From IMG/VR virus record IMGVR_UViG_3300042922_000270: a DNA stretch of 64,000 nucleotides; one strand, 5' to 3'. The position numbers were made by a program, and so were the translations under genes. Below are positions 9,582 through 18,529 of this stretch, piece by piece; positions within the stretch are counted from its first letter, which is position 1; each line of letters starts with the position of its first letter. This DNA is from a virus. Taxonomy: Duplodnaviria; Heunggongvirae; Uroviricota; Caudoviricetes. A model generated the notes under the pieces. That model searched no databases and was not told the origin of the DNA. It saw only the letters and a program-made list of their open reading frames with translations.

Positions 9582-11279
9582 ATGCCTTTTGGAGATGGAA
9601 GAGCCTGGGTTACGCCCTGGAAGAGAATCCAACCTATCCCTGCCAACGAGATTGGTGATACAACCGCTGGATCTACGTCTAATGCCCAGACCATTCTGGA
9701 CAACGTTAGGCGCTATCGTGGTAACGTAGCTAACGAAGCTGCTCGTGATGCCCTAGCTAATAAAGTAGACGGTGATTGGGTACTCGTTCGTAACGATTCT
9801 GGTGGTAACGCTGCTATTCAGGTATACGACTCTGGCGCAGGTTCATGGGAGTCTATCTCAGGTTCCGGTGGCGGCGGAGGTGGTGGCAATAACAATGGCC
9901 ACGGCGTACCCATTCAAATCGGTACTGGTGATGGTGTAGATACCACGTTCACGTTACCGTATACGGGTGCTAACGAGTTCGTATGGATGGACGGAGCCCT
10001 AATGATCCGTACCATGGACTACACGGTAGCTGCTGGTGTTATCACCTTCTTGACTGCTCCTCCTACCGGAGCAATTATCATTGCTACTGCTGTAGAGCTA
10101 ACTCCTGCAGAAGATGTAGCCACCACTCAGTTCAAGGGTGACTTCCCTACAGAGGCTGAGAGACCTTCCAGTGGCCTTATCGATGGTGACTGGTGCTTCG
10201 TAGCTACTGCTGCTTCTGGTGTCCCTGAGATTCAGTACTACACTGTCGCTGATGGTTGGGTACAGATCGGTCAGGGTGGCTTTGCTGTACTTGGTACTCC
10301 CGAGATCATCGGTACCGGTAATGGTTCTACCACTGTATTTACCCTACCCGGAACCAAGACCAATGAGATCGTCTGGAAAGGTGGCGCTATTCAGCTACCT
10401 GGCGTAGACTACACTAAAGCTGGCGGTAACATTACTTTCTTAACCGCTCCTGCTACAGGTGCTCAGATCCTAGCATCATGCCCGACTGTAATGCCTACCG
10501 AGAATGCTGCCACTGCCGGGGGTGCTACTGGTACTCCCGTAGTGATTGGCACAGGTGACGGTACTACTGCAACGTTTACTCTCCCGTATTCTCAGACTAA
10601 CGAGACTGTTTGGAAAGGTGGCGCCGTACAGGTAGCTACTACAGACTACACTAAGTCTGGAGCTACGATTACATTTGTAGCCGGTAACATACCTGCTGTA
10701 GGCGAAGAGGTAGTAGCTACTGCTGCTGTTAATCCTCTGCTGGGTACTGATGCTCTAACTCTTAACGGAGCCACTGCAACTAACCTAGCTACTGCTAACA
10801 TGATTGTTCAGCGTCGTAACGATGGCACCATTGCTGGTGTCTGTGACGAGGCTCTAACTCTATCTGGTTCTGGTGCAGCTGACTTCGAGCTACTAGCCAA
10901 TAAGGGTGAAGCTAATGGCTACGCTGAACTGGATGCTACCGGTAAGGTTCCCCTAGCTCAGCTACCCCCAATCAGTAACGGCTACACGGTCGTTAACTAC
11001 ACTTCAGGTACTTCAGCTACTCTAGCAGCTACCACTACGTTTGCTACCCTTAAGCTAGCTTCATCAGCCTTCTTTACATTTACTCTACCTACCGCTGCCT
11101 CTATTGAGAGTGGTCATTCAGTGGTCATTAAAGATAAGAAGGGCGATGCAGACGTCTATGCAATCACGGTAGCTTCACCTGACTCAGCACTTATCGATGG
11201 CTACTCAACATTCGCCATGACAGGTGACTTTGCTGCTGCTACGTTCGTCTTTGATGGAACCGACTGGAACGTGATCTAA
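9582..11279 (+). CDS. Tail fibre-like protein (565 aa), N-terminal paralog of 645..3032
   Basis: MPFGDGR...PWKR N-terminus, three IGTGDGxxxxFTLP repeats, NKGEANGYAELDATGKVPLAQLP, and a C-terminal TLP...IDG...DGTDW fibre-tip domain. Confidence 0.75.
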   Translation: MPFGDGRAWVTPWKRIQPIPANEIGDTTAGSTSNAQTILDNVRRYRGNVANEAARDALANKVDGDWVLVRNDSGGNAAIQVYDSGAGSWESISGSGGGGGGGNNNGHGVPIQIGTGDGVDTTFTLPYTGANEFVWMDGALMIRTMDYTVAAGVITFLTAPPTGAIIIATAVELTPAEDVATTQFKGDFPTEAERPSSGLIDGDWCFVATAASGVPEIQYYTVADGWVQIGQGGFAVLGTPEIIGTGNGSTTVFTLPGTKTNEIVWKGGAIQLPGVDYTKAGGNITFLTAPATGAQILASCPTVMPTENAATAGGATGTPVVIGTGDGTTATFTLPYSQTNETVWKGGAVQVATTDYTKSGATITFVAGNIPAVGEEVVATAAVNPLLGTDALTLNGATATNLATANMIVQRRNDGTIAGVCDEALTLSGSGAADFELLANKGEANGYAELDATGKVPLAQLPPISNGYTVVNYTSGTSATLAATTTFATLKLASSAFFTFTLPTAASIESGHSVVIKDKKGDADVYAITVASPDSALIDGYSTFAMTGDFAAATFVFDGTDWNVI

Positions 11280-12268
11280 TGGCTCACAATCTTATTCACC
11301 CTAATCAACTTACTCGTGATCAGCTGGCTGCTATACTCTCGCAGTCTGGCGGCAAAGCCTTTGTGTTTGGTGGTTCTATTACGGGTGGCTGGCGAAGCAC
11401 GGTAGAGCAATACTTCTTTGCTACTCCCGGAACTAAGGGAGCCGCACCTATAGTATTAGCCGAAGTGTTAAACGGTAGAAAGGCATCTTCAAATGCTACC
11501 AATGCTTTTGTCTTTGGTGGTGATGATGGCGCTGCTACCCCTGTTATGAGAACTACTGTAGAGAATTATATTTTCTCTACTCCTGCAACCAAAGGTACCA
11601 CCCCTGCTGCACTAAACGAAGGTAAGAGTTTGTGTATTACTGCAGCCAGTGCTACTAATGCTTTTCTTTTTGGAGGACGTACCTCCTCTACTACATATTT
11701 GGACACAGTAGAGAATTACCAGTTTAGTGTGCCGGGTACAAAGGGCACCACTCCAGCTAATTTAACCACTGCTATGGGACGAACAGAAGCCTCAAGTAAT
11801 GGTACCAATGCGTTTATATTTGGGGGGAGTCCGTCATCAAACGCATCAGCCACTAGTACAGTTGAGAACTATATCTTTGCTACACCGGCAAGCAAGGGAA
11901 CCAGTGCGGCTGCACTAGCTGTGGCATGCAGTAAGTTAGGAGCTGCAGGTAATGCGATTAATGCGCTTAAAATGGGTGGTTCCAATACTTCAGATACTGA
12001 CCTAACAACAGTAGAGAATTACATCTACGCCACCCCCGGCACTAAAGGTACTGCAGGTGCTGCACTTAGTGGAGGCTATAGTTGGATTACCTGTTCTGCG
12101 TCTGCTACTAATGTATTCAAATTTGGAGGCAACGGTGGCGGAGCCATTCAAGCTGGCGTTGAGAACTATCAACTTAGTGTACCCGGAACCAAAGGTACTG
12201 CACCTGCTTCCCTATCTGCAGCTGTAAATAATGCTACTTCAGCGTCAAGCCGTTACTTCATCTCATAG
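11279..12268 (+). CDS. Six-repeat kelch-like beta-propeller protein A
   Basis: Six repeats of about 50 aa: AFxFGG...TVENYxFxxPGTKGxxPAxL...ASNATN. Confidence 0.7.
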   Translation: MAHNLIHPNQLTRDQLAAILSQSGGKAFVFGGSITGGWRSTVEQYFFATPGTKGAAPIVLAEVLNGRKASSNATNAFVFGGDDGAATPVMRTTVENYIFSTPATKGTTPAALNEGKSLCITAASATNAFLFGGRTSSTTYLDTVENYQFSVPGTKGTTPANLTTAMGRTEASSNGTNAFIFGGSPSSNASATSTVENYIFATPASKGTSAAALAVACSKLGAAGNAINALKMGGSNTSDTDLTTVENYIYATPGTKGTAGAALSGGYSWITCSASATNVFKFGGNGGGAIQAGVENYQLSVPGTKGTAPASLSAAVNNATSASSRYFIS

Positions 12269-12276
12269 GTGTAACC

Positions 12277-13254
12277 ATGTCTTATAACTTAACCAGAATC
12301 AAAGATGTAACATCTGAAGTTGCAGCTAACACCTTCGCTAACTGGGGTGGTGGTGTAGCGTTTGTAATCGGTGGTATTATCCACCCAGAGTGGACCGAGA
12401 TAGATACCTGTGAACAATATGTATTTGCTACACCAGGTACTAAAGGTGTAGCCCCTATCAACCTTAGTGCAGCGCTGGGAGGATACCTATGCACAGGGTC
12501 TAACGCTACTGATGCCCTTGTGTTCTCAGTATGGATGGATCACTATATATTTGCTCAGCCTGGAAGCAAAGGAGCTATGCCAGCAGCACCCTATGAGAAC
12601 GTTTATGGTTCCAGTGCTGCTAGTAACTCTACTAACATGTTTATGTTTGGAGGTATAAGAGGATCAGGGGTTAACGCTGGCGTTAATAGTACTTATGTTG
12701 ATAATTATATTTTTGCTACCCCAGCTAGTAAGGGTATAACTCCAGCGGTACTATCTATGGCCAGATTCATATCTGCTGCTGCATCTAACAGTTCTGTAGC
12801 ATTTGTATTTGGAGGCGACACCACTGCGTCAGGTAATGGAAGTTCTCTCACTAATACAGTAGAACAGTACGTGTTTACTACGCCAACATCTAAGGGAACA
12901 GCTCCAATCAATCTGGCTTCAAATAAGTATATTATGGGTGCCAGCGGGAACGCTACCAATGCTTTCGTATTTGGAGGGGCTCCAACTACCACCTCAGTAG
13001 AAAACTATCAGTTTAATGTTCCGGCTACTAAGGGTACAACACCTGCGGTACTTAGCGCTGCTCGCGCCCATATGAGTGCAGCTGGAAACGCAACTAATGC
13101 CTTTACCTTTGGAGGCCTGGATGCAACTACTGATGTGACTACCTGTGAGAACTATCAGTACAATGTTCCTGGTACTAAGGGTACAGCTCCTGCTGCGCTA
13201 GCCGTAGCTAAGTATTCAAGTGCTGCAGCATCTTCAAGATACTTCATCAACTAA
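12277..13254 (+). CDS. Six-repeat kelch-like beta-propeller protein B
   Basis: Same repeat, six copies; ends SSRYFIN. Confidence 0.7.
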   Translation: MSYNLTRIKDVTSEVAANTFANWGGGVAFVIGGIIHPEWTEIDTCEQYVFATPGTKGVAPINLSAALGGYLCTGSNATDALVFSVWMDHYIFAQPGSKGAMPAAPYENVYGSSAASNSTNMFMFGGIRGSGVNAGVNSTYVDNYIFATPASKGITPAVLSMARFISAAASNSSVAFVFGGDTTASGNGSSLTNTVEQYVFTTPTSKGTAPINLASNKYIMGASGNATNAFVFGGAPTTTSVENYQFNVPATKGTTPAVLSAARAHMSAAGNATNAFTFGGLDATTDVTTCENYQYNVPGTKGTAPAALAVAKYSSAAASSRYFIN

Positions 13255-13262
13255 GAGCATGC

Positions 13263-13292
13263 TTGAAATTTACCCGCTAAGGGGAGTATAAT
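13263..13292 (+). promoter_or_regulatory. sigma70-type promoter, probably leaderless
   Basis: TTGAAA (13263-13268), 18-nt spacer, TATAAT (13287-13292); the ATG follows at 13299. Confidence 0.55.
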
Positions 13293-13298
13293 AATACA

Positions 13299-14285
13299 AT
13301 GGCTTTCGGACTACACAAACCAACTATATTTGATACAGATGCTATCTCAAATGCTCTCCAGAGTACTAACGCTGGAGTGGCCTTTGTCTTTGGTGGTGAA
13401 GATGGAGTAGTTGCAACCGACTACACCACTGTAGAACAGTACATCTTTGCTACACCTGCCACTAAGGGTGCTATGCCTATCAGTTTAGCATATGGTTTGG
13501 CAGCCGCTAGTGCTGCTTCTAACGCTACTGTGGCTTTTATCTTTTGTGGGCAAAAGGATAACGTTTCTGGTGATTTTAATCATCAATATATCTTTGCTAG
13601 TCCCGGTACCAGAGGTGCCACCCCCGTAGCTACAGCTACTGGTAAATCTAAGACCTGTGCTGCTTCTAATGCTACAGATGCTTTCTTATTTGGCGGCCAC
13701 CAGGGTGCAGGTGCAGACCTAGACACAGTAGAGAACTATATATTTGCTGTCCCTAGTAGTAAGGGAGCTAGTCCAACTTCATTAACTCAACCAAGAACTA
13801 GAGCATCAGCTTGCGGTAACTCTACCATGGCATTTATGTTTGGTGGAGAGTTCATGACTGCAGGTGCTATGCCTATAGGTGCAACGGCTGACTGTGATAT
13901 ATACTTATTCACTAAACCCGGTACACGTGGATCAGGCGCAGCAGCTTTAAATAGTGCTAGAAGGTTAACCTCAGCTGCCAGTAACGCTACCAATGCATTC
14001 GTGTTTGGAGGTGGTGCTACTGCTTCAGCCACTTATTACACCACTGTAGAGAACTATTTATATGCTACACCCGGAACCAAGGGTACTGTACCTGCATCAC
14101 TAAGTAGCGCCGATAGAGCAGATTCTGCTGCTTCTAGTGCCACCAATGCATTTACATTTGGTACTGCCAGCATTTGTGAGAACTATCAATTTAATGTACC
14201 AGGTACTAAGGGTGCTGCCCCGGCTAACCTATCAAACAACAGATCTAACCACTGTGCTGCCTCTTCTCGTTATTACATTTCGTAA
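13299..14285 (+). CDS. Six-repeat kelch-like beta-propeller protein C
   Basis: Same repeat, six copies; ends SSRYYIS. Confidence 0.7.
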   Translation: MAFGLHKPTIFDTDAISNALQSTNAGVAFVFGGEDGVVATDYTTVEQYIFATPATKGAMPISLAYGLAAASAASNATVAFIFCGQKDNVSGDFNHQYIFASPGTRGATPVATATGKSKTCAASNATDAFLFGGHQGAGADLDTVENYIFAVPSSKGASPTSLTQPRTRASACGNSTMAFMFGGEFMTAGAMPIGATADCDIYLFTKPGTRGSGAAALNSARRLTSAASNATNAFVFGGGATASATYYTTVENYLYATPGTKGTVPASLSSADRADSAASSATNAFTFGTASICENYQFNVPGTKGAAPANLSNNRSNHCAASSRYYIS

Positions 14286-14302
14286 GGACAACTAATTAAT
14301 TT

Positions 14303-15004
14303 ATGATGCATGTCAAGAATTCCGCCTTTCATATCCTAACCATCATGGTCGGGACTCGTAACACTCCTGACGAAGCCTACAGAGTTCTGTACTTCGAACT
14401 AGAAGATCGTAAGCGTGCATACGATGCTGCTATGGCTGGTCGTCTACGCACTAAGGCTAAGCGCATGAAGCTTGAGGCTAAACTCAACACAGCTATAGAT
14501 GAAATCGAGCGCCTAGAGATCGAAGCAGACCTCATGGAGCTAGAGTCAGGAGAGAAGACCACTGAGAACGCTATCCTAGGCTGTGAGCAGGAGATGATGT
14601 TTATCCGCCAGATCATGGATAAGCTAGAGCCACAGCGCAAGTATGGTCACTTAGAGCTTGGTGCAGCGTTTCAAGCATGCCAAGCCGAAGAGTGGGCTCA
14701 TGAGTACGTCAAGCGTGCTAAGCACTTCCAGTTGACCACAGGCACGATTCCTACGGATCACCTAGACGTAATGGTTGCTCACCCCATGTTTGAATCTTTT
14801 ATTGCTCCTGCTATCGAAGACTTCAGAATGGAGCTTGTAGACCGTAAGGCTGGCCTCCACGCTATGCCCGAACTAGCTCCACCACCGTTCATGCAACAGC
14901 TCATGGTGGACTTCGCTCCACTACTACCTGCCAGTCCAGAGCAGGCCCAGCTCCAGCTAGAAGCCACTAAACTAAACCTACTAAAAGAGAACAACGATGC
15001 CTAA
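14303..15004 (+). CDS. Helical/coiled-coil protein, possible fibre assembly chaperone
   Basis: Charged all-alpha composition unlike the neighbouring Ser/Thr-rich structural genes; heptad segment KRMKLEAKLNTAIDEIERLEIEADLMELE. Function inferred from position only. Confidence 0.4.
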   Translation: MMHVKNSAFHILTIMVGTRNTPDEAYRVLYFELEDRKRAYDAAMAGRLRTKAKRMKLEAKLNTAIDEIERLEIEADLMELESGEKTTENAILGCEQEMMFIRQIMDKLEPQRKYGHLELGAAFQACQAEEWAHEYVKRAKHFQLTTGTIPTDHLDVMVAHPMFESFIAPAIEDFRMELVDRKAGLHAMPELAPPPFMQQLMVDFAPLLPASPEQAQLQLEATKLNLLKENNDA

Positions 15005-17150
15005 GATTCATGAAAATGCAGTAAACATCCCAGACCTAGGTTTGGGCACTAGAATGGTAGCTAACGTAGCTAGCCAGGCTGACCTCAGGGTTACTGGTGG
15101 TGTTGAGCGCGTAACTCTAGACGGTGAAGTAGATTCGCTTACCGGTGCTTATGTACCTAAAGACAAGCGCATTACTCTTAGCAGAGGTTGGATAGATACA
15201 TATGGTGCCTCTACAGCTTATGGGCTCCCCTATGATAACCCCATGGTGTCCAGCACGACCAGCCCTGTTCGCTTGTATAGCAATGTAGCTAATACCACTA
15301 TGACGATCAACTGGCGTGGTACTGGCCTTGTCGCTTCTCTTGCTCGTATTGAGACTGGTGGAACGTTCACCGTTAGTAATGATGGTGGCGGGACCACAAC
15401 TCACGATACATACAACCCAGGAGCTAACAGTAGCTTTGGTAATAGCATGGTTGTTGCGTCGGGGTTAACTTATGGTGACCACACTACTGTTATTACAGTT
15501 ACAGGCACTAAGGGGGGATCGGGAGCTTCAAGTGGTGCTACAGTTTATGTTAATGGCTTTGACATCCTAACCTCCACGGATGCCACAGTTAAGTACACTA
15601 CCGGTAGTGCTTTCCCTAGCGGAGAGAAGGCCACGGTAGCTACTGCTGGGTCACTTAGTCTGACGGCTATCAGCACTGCTACTGGCCGCAAGGACCTAGT
15701 AGTCATGCGTGCTGGCGAGACTATCCCTGAGGTGATTACTGGTACTGCTAGTAATTCTGGTGATAACCTAGCTACGTTCAAGTCTAAGAATGAGATTGCC
15801 TATACTGTTGGGGTTACTGACCAATCAGGTAAGTTAGCTAATATCTGGCAGACTTCTGGTGTAGTAACGTATAACTCAACTATGGTGACTATCGGAAGTA
15901 GTGGGACTGGCGGAACAACTGATTATGTTATGATCGGCTTTATTGGTACGGGCATCAGCGCTGTATTCGAAACCGGTCTAGATCGTGGCGAGTTTGGTTG
16001 GAGCATAGATGGCGGAGCAGAGACACTGCACGACCTTTACAGTAATCCTCGTAGTACAAAAGCATTTGATACAGGTAAGAATCTAACCTACGGCTATCAT
16101 CAGTTAAAAATTAGAAAGGCAGGAAGCAAGAACCTCAGTGCAAGTGATTACTGGGTAATTCTAAGCCACTTTGATATCTACCACCCCAAGGCTCCTGCAT
16201 GCCCTGCAGACGCCATGCCCCTTGCTGAGGTCATCCCTACCCCTGCTAATGGTTGGGTGAGGTACGATGATGCTGCTGGTTGGGTGTACACTGGAACTAA
16301 CTGGACTACTGTTAGTGCAGGCGCAGCTACTGGCGGGATTGTTCGTCAAAACGCTAATACAAACACAACGGATAAGGCCGAGTTCACATTTGTAGGTACA
16401 CAGTGCCGAATCATCACGACCAACAATACAGCAAACGGTAAATACAATATCTCTATTGACGGGGGAGCTAATACATTAGTTGACTGTTATGGTAGCAATA
16501 ACTATGCTGCAACCTATACCTCAGCTACACTAACTCCAGGAGTCCATACAGTTACCATTACAATGGCTAACGCTAAGCACGCTAGTTCTAGTAGTAACGT
16601 TGTTAACCTAGACTCTATCGAAGTATTACCCCTACCTGCTCAGGTTCGTGATGTTCGTAACTTCAGTGTGGTTGGTGACGATGTTCTTGAGAAGTTAGAA
16701 GAGAAGATTGAGATAGTTAAGGCTGGAGTTGAAGCTATTAAGTCTAGAGTTTATGTAACTTCAACGGCTGGCATCGCATTCCCCATCAACAACTCTACTT
16801 TGAAAATTCCTTATGGTAATCCAACAGTAGATACCAAGGGAGAGTGGGATAATGCTACCAATAGGTGGACAGCCAAAGAAACTTGCACTATTCATCTAAC
16901 TGCTGCGTACACCCCCAGTACGTGGGTTAGCAATATGTTAAGTGAACTGCTAGTCTACAAAAACGGTGTACATGAAATCAGCATCAGCAAGGGTTCTTAC
17001 TCTTCAACTAACTCTGGTTGGTTCGGGTCTACTTACATAGATGTCAATGCAGGGGACTATATTGAACTTTACATGTATAAGTCTGGCGGCACAAACGTTA
17101 CCCCTACAACTGAAGGTAAGACCACTTGGGTGCGTCTAAGAGAAGTATAA
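14997..17150 (+). CDS. Tail fibre/receptor-binding protein with three carbohydrate-binding-like beta-sandwich repeats and a C1q-like C-terminus
   Basis: Three copies of FxGTxI...G.F.xSxDGG...D.Y...L.xG.H.x.I; C-terminal DTKGEWDNATNRWTAK...DVNAGDYIELY. Confidence 0.65.
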   Translation: MPKIHENAVNIPDLGLGTRMVANVASQADLRVTGGVERVTLDGEVDSLTGAYVPKDKRITLSRGWIDTYGASTAYGLPYDNPMVSSTTSPVRLYSNVANTTMTINWRGTGLVASLARIETGGTFTVSNDGGGTTTHDTYNPGANSSFGNSMVVASGLTYGDHTTVITVTGTKGGSGASSGATVYVNGFDILTSTDATVKYTTGSAFPSGEKATVATAGSLSLTAISTATGRKDLVVMRAGETIPEVITGTASNSGDNLATFKSKNEIAYTVGVTDQSGKLANIWQTSGVVTYNSTMVTIGSSGTGGTTDYVMIGFIGTGISAVFETGLDRGEFGWSIDGGAETLHDLYSNPRSTKAFDTGKNLTYGYHQLKIRKAGSKNLSASDYWVILSHFDIYHPKAPACPADAMPLAEVIPTPANGWVRYDDAAGWVYTGTNWTTVSAGAATGGIVRQNANTNTTDKAEFTFVGTQCRIITTNNTANGKYNISIDGGANTLVDCYGSNNYAATYTSATLTPGVHTVTITMANAKHASSSSNVVNLDSIEVLPLPAQVRDVRNFSVVGDDVLEKLEEKIEIVKAGVEAIKSRVYVTSTAGIAFPINNSTLKIPYGNPTVDTKGEWDNATNRWTAKETCTIHLTAAYTPSTWVSNMLSELLVYKNGVHEISISKGSYSSTNSGWFGSTYIDVNAGDYIELYMYKSGGTNVTPTTEGKTTWVRLREV

Positions 17151-17154
17151 AATT

Positions 17155-18024
17155 ATGCTAGAAGCAACAATCACAAATACATTCCCATCAGGACTCAAGC
17201 TAGTCCGCCACTATGACTCACATGAGGTCGGTAGCTACTCTATCGACACTCAGTGTGGCACTGTGAGCTACTACTCAGCTATGGTGGACCAACTGATCTA
17301 CCAGTCACTTGAGTACTACAACAAGCCTGACGGTAAGAATAAGTTCTTGGAGAAGGTAGAGCTACACGTCTATTCATTCTTCATCCCTAACATGCCTAAC
17401 TCCACTGCTCAGGCTTACTGTATCGATCTAGGTAACTATCGTTCACGTATTGATATTAGGTTTTACGATACGCCTAGCTTCGGATCTTATAAGATGCTAG
17501 CCGCTGTCTCACATGAGATGGGCCACGCATACCATAACTGGATCAGATGCTTCTCACACGCTAACATCAACGGTGAGTTCTCTCAGTTCTGGGAGAAGCA
17601 GGTGTCTAGCAACCATACCGTCTGGAACCCCAACATGAAGCCTTGGGATCAGCCCTGGGGTACTGGGTCACGTGACGAGGATAAGTTCGAGCAGTTCGCT
17701 AATGCATTCAGATACTTCAAGGGAGTCCTAGCTACTCGTGGCGTCTCCGGTGCTGGTACTACTGATCCGGTGGTCCCTGGTTTCGAAGACCCTGCAGCCC
17801 ATGCTGAGTGGGGTAAGCAGCTTAAGATCCTTCCCGAGACCTGTGCCTTCTGGGAGACATATGGCCTAAAACCTGCATCACTTGTATGGTATGGTGGTAC
17901 TACAGGTTACTGGCAGTTCCAGCAATCAGATGGTACTTGGATTGCTCAGACGGACTATAACACTTGGTTCAAGTGGCAGAACAACGCTTGGGTACAGTAC
18001 TGGCCCACATACAATAGGACTTAA
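17155..18024 (+). CDS. Zincin-type metallopeptidase (HEXXH)
   Basis: AVSHEMGHAYH plus a downstream EQFANAF third-ligand-like segment; Trp-rich C-terminus. Confidence 0.65.
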   Translation: MLEATITNTFPSGLKLVRHYDSHEVGSYSIDTQCGTVSYYSAMVDQLIYQSLEYYNKPDGKNKFLEKVELHVYSFFIPNMPNSTAQAYCIDLGNYRSRIDIRFYDTPSFGSYKMLAAVSHEMGHAYHNWIRCFSHANINGEFSQFWEKQVSSNHTVWNPNMKPWDQPWGTGSRDEDKFEQFANAFRYFKGVLATRGVSGAGTTDPVVPGFEDPAAHAEWGKQLKILPETCAFWETYGLKPASLVWYGGTTGYWQFQQSDGTWIAQTDYNTWFKWQNNAWVQYWPTYNRT

Positions 18025-18028
18025 TTAG

Positions 18029-18529
18029 ATGCCTGATATTCATCCTTCAGTGTTCGATGCGGCGGCCATCGATCTATCAACTAACCCTCTAGCCACTGAT
18101 GTAGCTGAAGCAGTCGCAGACGCGGACAGTGCTCTTGCTGCTGCAGGCTCAGCCCAGACTGCTGCTAACACTGCTAACACTACGGCTAACAATCTCAAGT
18201 TCTATGATATCGGTGCAGGCTGTATGGGTAAGCCTGCTGCTAGCGCTATCATACTTATTTACAAGCTCCCCAGAGCAGTTAACTTTGGTGCCAACATGGC
18301 AGGCAGTTATGCTGTTGCTGCTACGGCTGCTACTGCTTCGACCGTGTTCACAGTCTACAAAAACGCTGTCCAGGTAGCTACTATTACCTTTGCTGCTTCA
18401 GCCACCACTGGTACGTATTCAGGTACGGCTAACTTCGCTGCTGGCGACAACATTGGTATCGTAGCTCCTGGTACCCAAGACAGTACCTTAGCTGACATTG
18501 GCTTTAGTCTCGCAGGAGTAATTCCCTAA
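18029..18529 (+). CDS. Small fibre-associated beta-sandwich protein 1
   Basis: Short helical stalk followed by FYDIG...KP.A...A..A.TAST.FTV...G.I.F; paralog of 19468..19959. Confidence 0.55.
   Translation: MPDIHPSVFDAAAIDLSTNPLATDVAEAVADADSALAAAGSAQTAANTANTTANNLKFYDIGAGCMGKPAASAIILIYKLPRAVNFGANMAGSYAVAATAATASTVFTVYKNAVQVATITFAASATTGTYSGTANFAAGDNIGIVAPGTQDSTLADIGFSLAGVIP

Noticed and set aside
11279-14285. Repeats as a CRISPR array, DGR template/variable pair or shufflon
   Set aside because: The repeats are conserved at the protein level with degenerate DNA. No reverse transcriptase, recombinase, adenine-specific variation or identical DNA repeats were seen.
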